From: a virus
Strand: one strand, 5' to 3'
Virus record (IMG/VR): IMGVR_UViG_3300050029_000114
Location: 22,052 to 86,051 of that record
Length of the DNA stretch: 64,000 nt
Below are positions 26,826 to 35,525 of this stretch, one piece after another; position 1 is the stretch's first letter, and every line of letters starts with the position of its first letter. Position numbers and translations under genes: made by a program. A model generated the notes under the pieces. That model saw nothing but the letters and a program-made list of their open reading frames with translations. It was not told where the DNA came from and ran no database searches.

Positions 26826-29090
26826 TCACCGGCATACCAGGGCGTGACCTTCCCGGCAGGCTCGGGTGGTCGGGGCGATGATCGTGCATCCCCGCTGCGA
26901 GGGCAACGGGAACGGGGCCGGGAATACCTCCTCGATCCGCGTCATCGTGTCGATCAGTTTGAGCGCGTCGGTGAGGGTCCGCCGGTAGGTGGCGGTCTGC
27001 ACTGCGATGTCGGCCAGGTCGGCTAGCTGGTCGTCGTCGGTGATCGTATGCGTCTCGGTGATCGGGTGCTGGTCGGTCAGCCCTATCGTGTCGGTCAGCG
27101 CCCGGGTGATTGCCCGGCCGATGGGGTCCGTGAGGGTCAGCGGGTCGGCGGCAGCGTGTATCTCCGTGAGGGTCAGCGGGTCGGAGAGGCCCAGCGGGTT
27201 CGTCTGCGGCCGTGCTGCGGCCTGTGCGGCCACAGCCGGGTCGGTCAGCCCTTCGGCCTCGATGGTCGCCCGGATCGCGTGTTGGGCTAGGTTCGCCTGG
27301 TCGGTAAGACCCTCGGGCTCGGTCAGCGGCCTGACCGCGGCCTGTGCGGCCACCTTCGGGTCGGTCAGGCCCTCGGCCTCGGCGATCGCACGGCTGGAGG
27401 CGGTCGCCTGAACGAGCGGGTCGGCTAGCGATTCCCGGTCGGTGAACAGGTCGACCCCGGCCCCGGACCGGTTGATCAGGTCGAGCAGGCCCAGCGACTC
27501 GGTGACTACCCGGATATACGGGACCGCCTGGGAGCGCGGGTCCGTCAGGCCGACCGTCTCCGTCAGCGTCCGGGTAACGGCGCGCGCCGCGATCGCGTCG
27601 GTCAGGCCCTCCGGGTCCGTAGCGGGGCGGCTGGCGGCCTGGGCAGGCACCCTGGGGTCGGGCAGGCCCTCCGGGTCCGTGAGGGCCCTCGCTGCGGCCT
27701 GGGCAGCCACCCTGGGGTCGCTGATGCCCTCGGCGTCGGCAATCGCCCGGATCATCGTCTGGACGGAAGCCTCGGCGTCCGTCAGCCCCAACGCCTCCAC
27801 CAGTGTCCGGGTCAGGGTCCGCAGCGCCGTGTCTGTCAGACCCTCGGCGTCTGTGGGCGCCTGGGCGGCCGAGAGGGCCTGGCCGAGAGCTAGCGCCGAA
27901 CTCTGCCCTGGCGGCAAACCGAGGGACACGAACCCTAGCCGCGATTGGGCGGTCCCCAGCGTCCCGTCCGCAGTGTTCGTCCCGACCCGCACATCGGCCA
28001 GCCCGATCACGTCGAAGAAGATGCCCCGGCTCGTCTGATTCGCCAGGCTGTCGGTGATGCCCTCGGCGTCCGTGAACGTCCGGCTGTACGACCACTGCCA
28101 GCCGGTATCGTTCCCGCCGTTCGTGGCGTTGGCGCTCGCCTGCCACGTCGCCCCGCCCGTCGCGTTGCTATCGGTCAGGGAGACGTAGTTGGCGGTGAAT
28201 GTCCCCGAAGCCTTCGAGAGCGTCCACTGTGACCCGGGGGAGGAGGAGACGAACGTGTAGTGGTGGGCCGAACCGGAGCCCTCCGTGAACGTGGTCACCG
28301 TTTGGGTGGTCCCGGCTGTCCACGTCACCGTTGTCGTCCCGCCCGTGAAGGCCAGGGATGCGAACGTGTTGGAGCCGCTGATCGTGACGTTCGTCGCGGC
28401 GATGGTGACAGCGTTGTAGGTGAGCCCGCCCCCGGCGAACGTCGTCGGGGCGGCAATGGCCGCGAACGAGATTGTGGAGGTCCCGGCGCTGAACGTGAGC
28501 CCGGTCGCCGCCGCGCTCCACGCCACGCTCCCGCCGTTCGTGATCGTGATAGTCGAGGACCCGAGGGTAAGACTCCGGGTGAACCCGGAGTCGACCTGGA
28601 AGGTCCCGACACTGATCGGCTGGCTACCGGTATCGAGCGCCCCGCGGATCACTTGGAAGGACCCGGACAACGCGATAGTGATCCCCGAGGAAAGCAGCCA
28701 GGAACCGCCCGCCCCGTTGAACTTGGTCGTCCCGAGGTTGTGGCCCCCGGTGTCAATCGTTAGCTGGGTGGCGGCCGTCGATGCGAAAGTGATCGCCGAC
28801 GTATTGACGTTCCCGAGGGTGTACGTCCACCCGGTCGACGGGAACAGCAGGGCGAGTGTCCCGTTCGCCGTGCTCGTCCCGATCGTCAGTGTCACCCCCG
28901 CCGTGTGGGTGACCGTGCTCGTGTAGCCGGTCAGGTCGATGCTGCGGCAGACAGCCCCGGCATCGACCGTCAGCGCCCCCGAGGTCCCGGTCGCCACCAC
29001 GTCGTCGGCGGCGGTCGGGGCGAAGCCCTCGACCCATGTCCCGGCGGATGACCATGCCCCGCCTCCGTTAGCGATCGTGCGGGTCGCCAT
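26826..29090 (-). CDS. virion protein with Thr/Ser-rich beta-solenoid head and TD(A/P)EGLTD repeats (paralog 1)
   Basis: MATRTIANGGGAWS...; many 16-20-aa GLTD repeats in C-terminal half; within structural operon. Confidence 0.7.
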   Translation of the reverse strand: MATRTIANGGGAWSSAGTWVEGFAPTAADDVVATGTSGALTVDAGAVCRSIDLTGYTSTVTHTAGVTLTIGTSTANGTLALLFPSTGWTYTLGNVNTSAITFASTAATQLTIDTGGHNLGTTKFNGAGGSWLLSSGITIALSGSFQVIRGALDTGSQPISVGTFQVDSGFTRSLTLGSSTITITNGGSVAWSAAATGLTFSAGTSTISFAAIAAPTTFAGGGLTYNAVTIAATNVTISGSNTFASLAFTGGTTTVTWTAGTTQTVTTFTEGSGSAHHYTFVSSSPGSQWTLSKASGTFTANYVSLTDSNATGGATWQASANATNGGNDTGWQWSYSRTFTDAEGITDSLANQTSRGIFFDVIGLADVRVGTNTADGTLGTAQSRLGFVSLGLPPGQSSALALGQALSAAQAPTDAEGLTDTALRTLTRTLVEALGLTDAEASVQTMIRAIADAEGISDPRVAAQAAARALTDPEGLPDPRVPAQAASRPATDPEGLTDAIAARAVTRTLTETVGLTDPRSQAVPYIRVVTESLGLLDLINRSGAGVDLFTDRESLADPLVQATASSRAIAEAEGLTDPKVAAQAAVRPLTEPEGLTDQANLAQHAIRATIEAEGLTDPAVAAQAAARPQTNPLGLSDPLTLTEIHAAADPLTLTDPIGRAITRALTDTIGLTDQHPITETHTITDDDQLADLADIAVQTATYRRTLTDALKLIDTMTRIEEVFPAPFPLPSQRGCTIIAPTTRACREGHALVCR

Positions 29091-29113
29091 CGCTTACCGC
29101 CGGGCCGCGGCGA

Positions 29114-29335
29114 TCAGCCGGGCGGGACGGCCCCTTCGATGACGGCGGCCGGAAGCTCGCCGGTTATCTGGAAGATCGCTAGGTGTAGCTCCTCGATCTG
29201 CGCCTGAAGCATCGCGACGGCTTCGTCCTTCCAGTCCGGCTCGTCTGTCTCGTCCGCTTCCACGAACCGGGCGATGGCCGCGGACTTCGAGTTGTGGGTC
29301 CGGATGAGTAGCTGGTTTACGTCGTCCTTGGTCAT
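29114..29335 (-). CDS. small hypothetical protein
   Basis: TAATG-coupled start MTKDDVNQLLIR. Confidence 0.55.
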   Translation of the reverse strand: MTKDDVNQLLIRTHNSKSAAIARFVEADETDEPDWKDEAVAMLQAQIEELHLAIFQITGELPAAVIEGAVPPG

Positions 29336-31704
29336 TACGAGGGAGTGTACGTGCTCGTCGTGAGGTCGTGCTGTAGGCCGGTCACTGCGCCCTGCATGAT
29401 CCCGACGGCCGACGGGATCACCGCGACGGTGAACGTCTCGCCCGAGGCTGAAGTCACGCAATCCTTGTTGACCGTCGCCGTCAGCCCGTCGTCGCTGACC
29501 GCGATGATCTGCGTGCCCGCCGGTATCTTCCCGCTCTGCGCAGTGACCACGGCGTTGAGCATTTGTTTGCGGAACGAGAAGTTGGCGACCGCGGTCGTGA
29601 CGAAGAGGGTCCGGGCGGAGGATATGCCGGTAGTCCCGTTGCCCCCGACCGTCTTGATATTGGCGGCGGCCGTCGCGATATGGAGTTGGTTTTTGGAGAG
29701 GAATACCCGATCCAATCCTTGGAGCACGATCGGGTTTACCGGCTGGACGACGCTCTTAACGCCATCCACGTTCCCTACGATCTGATAGTCGTAGCGGACG
29801 ACCCCGGGATGCTGGACCTGATCCGCCCCGAGGATCATATCTAACGGGCAGGCGCCGTCCGGGGTCGCCGTCGAGTTGTTGTGGTTGATCTTCACATGAT
29901 CATTGATCGGCGCTCCTCCCCGCATTCCGATACAGGGCGAGGCTCCGTGGGCCCCGAAGCTGTTATCCAGAATGTAGGTGTCGAGGTTCCCGGGGTCGGC
30001 GTTCGGCTCGAAGTCGATGTGGTAGCTGCTCTGATTCCACATGAAGTTACTGATCACATGATTGTGATAGCAGTGGGTCCCTAGGATCGCCCCCTGGGCG
30101 TTACCCGTGAACCCGCATTGCTGGACGATGAGCCCGGTCGTCGGGCGCATATAGGCCGCGCTGGTGAGCCAAGACGAGAAGTTCATCGCGTCGGACGGCG
30201 AGTTAGCCATCCGGCAGTTGAAGTGGCGGGGGTCCTTGCAGGCTTGCACAGAGAACAGATGCTGGCCCTGGACGGCGTTCGTCGATGGCCCGTTGTGGTA
30301 GACCCCGCCGAAGAACACGTCGGGCAGGACGCATTGGAGCCCGGAGAGGTTCACGGCGGCTGCCGGGCTCGCCGCGTTCGCCAATGTCAGCGTGTGTCCG
30401 TCGGTACTGATCGAGGAGATGGTGACCTTCCCTCCGGCGAAGAACGGGGAGAGCAGGACCGGGTTGTTCGGTGGCGCTGCGTTCGTGGCGGGGAGCGCGC
30501 ACCAAGGCGGCATCGTCGTGGAGATGGTCAGGTTGTTCGTCCCGGATGCGGTTGCCAGCATCTTGATCTGCGGGTTCCCGCCGACACAGGAAAGGGTGAA
30601 GCTGTTGACCCCGACCGTCCCTACGTAGGCGTTCGTTGAAATGTTGATCTTCTGACCGCTAGCCGAGTTAGTCGCCAGCACGTCGATCTGCGTGGTCGGG
30701 GAGGAGGACAGGGAGAACGTCCCGCCCGTCACAGTCCCGACGAACGTGTTGGATGGGATGTACGGCCCCATCACCAGCCGGTAGACCCCGGCGTCGCCGG
30801 AGAGGATCGCTGCGTCCGTGATGGTCTTGCTCCCCGAGGACATCGAGCAGCCGGAGTCAGTCCGGTTGAACGCGGCCGGGATGCCCGTCCCGACGACGCT
30901 CCGGTAGGCGGTGTCATCGCCAGCCAGGATCGAGTTGTCCGTCACGGTCGCCGAGCCGCTGGTCGTGGTGCAGCTATCGGTTCGGTAGTTCGGGGTGCCA
31001 ACCCCGCCGCTTGTCAGGGTCGTGGCGCCGTTGTTGATTGCGCCGTCCTCGATAGTCAGGTTCGTGAAGCTCCCGTAGAACTGTGCGTTCTGCCATTGGA
31101 CATCGCGGCATTCAAGCTCGTTGACGATGTCTCGTTTCAGGAGCGGCGCCCCGCCCGTGAAGGCCGGGTCCATGAAGGCGTTGTTGCCCGACGTGTAGCT
31201 GTTGAACTGGCAGCCGACTCCGCCCTCCCGGCCGGTACCGGAGACGCCCGGCGCTCCGCCGCTCATGTTGCCGAGGGTCGTCGCTCCGCCCTCGAACCGA
31301 ATGTTGTCTCGGTAGAGGAGGAACATCTGCCCGTCTACCCGGAGCTTGGTTGTCGCGCCCAACGTGACGAGCGTGTTATCGAGCAGGGTCGTCGTGTACC
31401 ACTTGTAGAGCCCGTAGGAGGAGGCTTTCACGCCGGTCAGGTCGATAGGTCCGCGGAGCTTCAACGTGACAGACCCGTTCCCGGCGTGAGCGGCGTTCGA
31501 GTTTTGGGTCGCGAGGGCGTGCGTCGAATCGATAATCGACATGATCTGCGTGTTAGCGGGCCAGTCCCCGGTTAGCCCGAGCCCGATATCGTCGCTGGTC
31601 AGGTTCGCTCCGGTCACCGTGAGGGTGTTATCGGTGCCGGTAGTGGTAGCGGTCGCGAATGTCTCGTCCGCTCCGACGCTGGTTGTGAGGGTGAGAAGGT
31701 TCAC
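29335..31704 (-). CDS. tailspike / parallel beta-helix (pectin-lyase-like) receptor-binding protein
   Basis: Asn/Gly-rich strand repeats, HIDFEPN motif, repeated GS.TVT...G..IP..T.V modules. Confidence 0.65.
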   Translation of the reverse strand: MNLLTLTTSVGADETFATATTTGTDNTLTVTGANLTSDDIGLGLTGDWPANTQIMSIIDSTHALATQNSNAAHAGNGSVTLKLRGPIDLTGVKASSYGLYKWYTTTLLDNTLVTLGATTKLRVDGQMFLLYRDNIRFEGGATTLGNMSGGAPGVSGTGREGGVGCQFNSYTSGNNAFMDPAFTGGAPLLKRDIVNELECRDVQWQNAQFYGSFTNLTIEDGAINNGATTLTSGGVGTPNYRTDSCTTTSGSATVTDNSILAGDDTAYRSVVGTGIPAAFNRTDSGCSMSSGSKTITDAAILSGDAGVYRLVMGPYIPSNTFVGTVTGGTFSLSSSPTTQIDVLATNSASGQKINISTNAYVGTVGVNSFTLSCVGGNPQIKMLATASGTNNLTISTTMPPWCALPATNAAPPNNPVLLSPFFAGGKVTISSISTDGHTLTLANAASPAAAVNLSGLQCVLPDVFFGGVYHNGPSTNAVQGQHLFSVQACKDPRHFNCRMANSPSDAMNFSSWLTSAAYMRPTTGLIVQQCGFTGNAQGAILGTHCYHNHVISNFMWNQSSYHIDFEPNADPGNLDTYILDNSFGAHGASPCIGMRGGAPINDHVKINHNNSTATPDGACPLDMILGADQVQHPGVVRYDYQIVGNVDGVKSVVQPVNPIVLQGLDRVFLSKNQLHIATAAANIKTVGGNGTTGISSARTLFVTTAVANFSFRKQMLNAVVTAQSGKIPAGTQIIAVSDDGLTATVNKDCVTSASGETFTVAVIPSAVGIMQGAVTGLQHDLTTSTYTPS

Positions 31705-32411
31705 GAAATCACCTGATAGAGAAGGTCGATGAGAATGTTCGGCTGGGGGAAGCGGAGCCCGATATCGAACCCGTTGACGGTGACGTTCAACGGGACCGGG
31801 ATCGCGTCCGCGGTGGCCTCGTTCAACGGCTCAAAGGAGAGAGTCGGCGGGACCGGATGGGGGACCGCGAACGTGACCGTTGCCATCGTCGGGGTCGCGG
31901 CCCCGGTCGCGCTGGGCCGGTAGGCGGTCGGGTTCCCGCCGGTAGTGAACTTGACCTCTCCCCGCACATCGTTCCCGGCTATCACCGGGCCGGGGACTCC
32001 GGGCGCGTTCCCGAGCGCGCCACCCGCCGCGATGGTCGCGGCGGTCCCGGTTCCGGTCAGATGGGTGAGAGGGAACACCTGTAGGCCGCCCAACGTGAGA
32101 ACACAGACGAGGAGGTCCCCGAGGGCGTGAGCTTTCACCGGGCTTCCCTCGATCCCCCGGGTCACGGAGACATGAGAGGCGTCCGGCGGCTGGCCGACCA
32201 TCACGTACTCCGGTTGGGTATCCGGCGGGGAGAGCGGGGAGATAGCGGCCCGGTACTGGCTGACCCCCGCGACCGGCTGCGGGAGCGGGAGCCCGGAGGA
32301 GACGACCTGCCATGTTTCCACGGTGCCCGGAGCAGGCGCGGCGGCCCACGGTTGGGCTGTGCCCGCCAGCGTGGTAAGTGCCGCGTTGGCGAACAGGTCG
32401 AGAACGCCCAT
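31701..32411 (-). CDS. minor tail / fibre-associated protein
   Basis: FANAALTTLAG, EYVMV...VTRGIEGS...AH, GNDVRGEV.FTTG, TVTFA. Confidence 0.6.
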   Translation of the reverse strand: MGVLDLFANAALTTLAGTAQPWAAAPAPGTVETWQVVSSGLPLPQPVAGVSQYRAAISPLSPPDTQPEYVMVGQPPDASHVSVTRGIEGSPVKAHALGDLLVCVLTLGGLQVFPLTHLTGTGTAATIAAGGALGNAPGVPGPVIAGNDVRGEVKFTTGGNPTAYRPSATGAATPTMATVTFAVPHPVPPTLSFEPLNEATADAIPVPLNVTVNGFDIGLRFPQPNILIDLLYQVIS

Positions 32412-32414
32412 CGG

Positions 32415-32666
32415 TTAGCCGCTAGGCCAGTGAGCCGGGTCCGGTCCTTTTTCGACTCCCTCGCCCGGATCGAACTCCGGTTCCGGCTGGCGGTTCTCCA
32501 CCGGCCAGTGAGCCTCGTCCGGTCCCTTTACGCCTCCGGCGCCCTCCGTGACCTCTACGGGCCCGCTAGGGGCCTCCCCGGTCAGGGTGGCCGCGTCGAC
32601 GGTAGCCACATCTGGGGAACCGATGGTCACGACAACCTCGTCGCTGATCCCGCTGCCGTCGCTCAC
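32415..32666 (-). CDS. small acidic protein with duplicated KGPDxAHWP motif
   Basis: GVKGPDEAHWP and GVEKGPDPAHWP. Confidence 0.55.
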   Translation of the reverse strand: MSDGSGISDEVVVTIGSPDVATVDAATLTGEAPSGPVEVTEGAGGVKGPDEAHWPVENRQPEPEFDPGEGVEKGPDPAHWPSG

Positions 32667-32681
32667 GTCAGGCCCCCAAAC

Positions 32682-33275
32682 CTAAAGCCAGGCGCGCTCC
32701 AGATAGGCGACAGCCCGCTTCGCTACCGCTGGGTCGTCTCCCATAAATCCGATCGCACGATTGCATGGTCCGCACAGTAGCGCCCTCACTTTCCCGCTCC
32801 GGTGACAATGGTCGATATCTAGCGGTCGATCCGTCCGTAGGCAGATCGGGCACTCGCCCTGCTGGGCGTCGACCAACGCCTGGTATTCCTCGGCGGTCAG
32901 TCCTCGCCTGCGGAGCCGGGCATTGAGTCGTACCTGTACCCGATTCGCCGCGCTCCAGCGGTTCATGGCTGCCGCGAGGCATGGTCGACAGGTCCGCTTC
33001 GGCTGGTCCCGAGTCGTATCCCAACCGAACTCGCCCTCGTCCACGAACTGCTTGCACGACCCGCACCACCGATATCCCTCCGCTGAGTCCGGCCTCGATG
33101 GACGAACGGCACGCAACTCGATCCCGCGTCGCTTCTGATCTGCATGGGCGGCGCATAACCCGTGGGCATGATTCATTCGATCGCACTCGGGGAAGCTGCA
33201 CTTCTGCCGTCCTTTAGGTCGCTTCGGTTTGCGAGGGGTCTTTGGTCGAGCGGCGAACTTCTCGGGTCTTTCCAT
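32682..33275 (-). CDS. endonuclease VII-like HNH nuclease
   Basis: QQGECPIC...LDIDHCHRSGKVRALLCGPCNRAIG; TAGAAT 6 nt before ATG. Confidence 0.88.
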   Translation of the reverse strand: MERPEKFAARPKTPRKPKRPKGRQKCSFPECDRMNHAHGLCAAHADQKRRGIELRAVRPSRPDSAEGYRWCGSCKQFVDEGEFGWDTTRDQPKRTCRPCLAAAMNRWSAANRVQVRLNARLRRRGLTAEEYQALVDAQQGECPICLRTDRPLDIDHCHRSGKVRALLCGPCNRAIGFMGDDPAVAKRAVAYLERAWL

Positions 33276-33316
33276 GCGGCCATTCTAGCCGCTCGTTGTA
33301 AGGTGGAACTAGTCGG

Positions 33317-33892
33317 TCAAGCACCCAAAAGCTGGTGGTTCCAGTCGACGACCAGGCTGTCCGAGGCGCCCTTGTTCACGACCGGGCTCAGCAACGCCCG
33401 GCTGATCGTGTTCGCCGCGGTGCTCGTCGCGTCGGCCAGCGTGTCGTTCACGATCACGACCTCGGCCAGCGAGTTGACGGTGACCACTCCGGCCGCCCAA
33501 GTCGTCTGCCATTGAATCTGGCGGGACGACCCGGAGAGCGTCGACTTCGGCCACGTCGCGTCGATCGCCACGTCGGAAGTCGCCGTGTACGTCACGAGGG
33601 CGGCCCCGGCGCCCGTCTTGGCGACAGCGGTGTTCCCGATGCCGAGCTTCATGCACGTCACCTGGCCGGGCGGGGAACCGATACCGGCGGCCCGCTCCCC
33701 GTAGTACTGGTCGCCGATCTGCGTGATCAGGTTGCGGAACACCCCAAGTTCCTTCAGGTGTCCGTCCTCGTCGACCAACCGGAAGAAGCCGTGCCCGGTC
33801 AGGCCGACGCCATCGACATTCCCCACGTCCCGGGGCCGGACGCCGAGAACCTGGCAGGCCCGGTGGAAGCTGGGAACCTCTATAGCTCGCAT
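33317..33892 (-). CDS. virion structural protein
   Basis: NLITQIGDQYY...MKLGIG...VVNKGASDSLVVDWNH; follows major tail gene. Confidence 0.6.
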   Translation of the reverse strand: MRAIEVPSFHRACQVLGVRPRDVGNVDGVGLTGHGFFRLVDEDGHLKELGVFRNLITQIGDQYYGERAAGIGSPPGQVTCMKLGIGNTAVAKTGAGAALVTYTATSDVAIDATWPKSTLSGSSRQIQWQTTWAAGVVTVNSLAEVVIVNDTLADATSTAANTISRALLSPVVNKGASDSLVVDWNHQLLGA

Positions 33893-33908
33893 GGATTCGA
33901 CCTTTCGG

Positions 33909-34556
33909 TTAGCTGACGGGTGTGGCCTGGGAACCGCACTGGATGGTCGGCAGCGTCCTCGTGTACGCGTAGCCGAGGGTGCTCGCGCTGTCCCACAGCC
34001 AGTCGCCAGCGGGCCCGTCCTCGAAGTTCGGATTCTCGCTCGTGTAGCCCTGGAACATGCGGCTCATGTGGTTCACGTCGAACGTCGTCTTGTCTGGCTG
34101 CCAGTAAGTCCGGCCCAGGTACCAATGGATGTACGGGTAGAACACGTCGAGGTCGCCGTTGACGATGTGCTTCGTCCAAAGCTCCATCGAAACCCCGAAC
34201 GGCGCCCCGATCGCCCCGACCCGCGGTGTGGTCGCCCCGATCGTGAACCCACCGGCCGTGATCGGCAGGCCGCCCACGAGCATCTGCTCTAGCTCCGGGT
34301 CGAGGGTGCATATCTCCAACACGAGGTCGTACCGCTTGAACCGGTCCCGCTCCTTGTACGTGACGCACAGGCCGCCCCCGGCGTTCATTACCTCGATGTC
34401 ATTGCCCTTCGTGAAAACGGGCGTGAGGTCGAGCTTCACGAGAGCGTCGGTCGTGTACATGTTGCCCGCGCCCGGGATCGGCACGCCGTCCTGCTCCAAC
34501 ACGGCGACCCTCGTGGCGACCGCCTCGACGGATGCCCCGCAGTTCTGTTCGGCCAT
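33909..34556 (-). CDS. major tail protein
   Basis: GNDIEVMNAGGGLCV...LEICTLDPEL, GVSMELWT, NPNF.DGP; cluster B-like. Confidence 0.75.
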   Translation of the reverse strand: MAEQNCGASVEAVATRVAVLEQDGVPIPGAGNMYTTDALVKLDLTPVFTKGNDIEVMNAGGGLCVTYKERDRFKRYDLVLEICTLDPELEQMLVGGLPITAGGFTIGATTPRVGAIGAPFGVSMELWTKHIVNGDLDVFYPYIHWYLGRTYWQPDKTTFDVNHMSRMFQGYTSENPNFEDGPAGDWLWDSASTLGYAYTRTLPTIQCGSQATPVS

Positions 34557-34579
34557 CTATCGACTCCCTTGCTCGATAC

Positions 34580-35473
34580 TCACGAGGCCCCCGGGCTGGA
34601 GTAGACCGGCAGAGAAACCTCGACTCCGACGTGGACGCAGTTTGGCACAGCCACGACCGCCGGGCGGTACGCCCGCCACTCGATCGTGTTCAAGCTCTGC
34701 ACTATCGCCTGATCCCACGTGTCGGGGACGACCGTGATCGGGCCCAGGTACACGGTCGGCATCAGCGTCGCGTAAGCGAACTGCGTCGCCCCTGGCGCCA
34801 CGCCCTCCGGGCCCTGCCCGGTGTACCCGGCGTCGGGAATGATGACCGTGCCCATGTACGTCTGAATCTGGCCGGGCACCGTCTTGAACGTGTTGCCTAG
34901 CTCCGACCATTTCGATCCAAGCTGCCGGGTGCAGTGGATCGCCCCTCGGGCCCCGGTGCTGAAGTCGGCGATCGCCTGCTCCAAGATAGCGAGCGCGTCC
35001 GCCACTGACGCCGGGGAACCGGAGTTCAAGATGCTGACGCTCGTGTCGTCCGCCAGGAAGAAGTTAGGCCAACCGCTCGCCTGCGCCTGAGTCCCAAGCC
35101 AGAACTCCTTCGCGATCGCCTTGCTCTGCGCCGCCCGCAGCGCCCGGGTGGCCCGGTCCTGATAGGAATGGGCCTCCCACCCGAACGAACTGCACTTATC
35201 TCCCGCCCAAACCTCGAACGGGACCGCGTCGACGATGCCCGGGTTCGCCGGGGTCGACAAGGTGCCGCCGCCGCACGGGTCCACGATCGCTGTCGCCGTG
35301 CACATCTGCTCGGGCAGGTAGCGGACCCCGCCCTCCCAACGAAGCTCCGCCCCGTCGATGTCGGTCAGTTTCTCCTCGGTAACGAGATACGGGCCCGACA
35401 ACGACGCCAGCAACCCGACAACGGGCTCCTCCGCCGGAGGGGTACGGACTACACCCAGGCCGAATGTCGCCAT
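34580..35473 (-). CDS. second capsid protein (pentamer-type)
   Basis: RWEGGV.Y, PFEVWA...CS, RA...L...QSKAI..EFW.G, LAILEQA, GTVII..AGY; follows major capsid. Confidence 0.7.
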   Translation of the reverse strand: MATFGLGVVRTPPAEEPVVGLLASLSGPYLVTEEKLTDIDGAELRWEGGVRYLPEQMCTATAIVDPCGGGTLSTPANPGIVDAVPFEVWAGDKCSSFGWEAHSYQDRATRALRAAQSKAIAKEFWLGTQAQASGWPNFFLADDTSVSILNSGSPASVADALAILEQAIADFSTGARGAIHCTRQLGSKWSELGNTFKTVPGQIQTYMGTVIIPDAGYTGQGPEGVAPGATQFAYATLMPTVYLGPITVVPDTWDQAIVQSLNTIEWRAYRPAVVAVPNCVHVGVEVSLPVYSSPGAS

Positions 35474-35525
35474 CGTCTAGCCCGTACCCTTCCCGCTCGT
35501 CGGTTCTTCCCTCAGCCCGGCTCGG

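Noticed and set aside
26970-26977. CCCTCACC copies inside coding sequence (also about 50325) as sRNA targets
   Set aside because: Far from any start and explained by Leu-Thr codons; treated as background.
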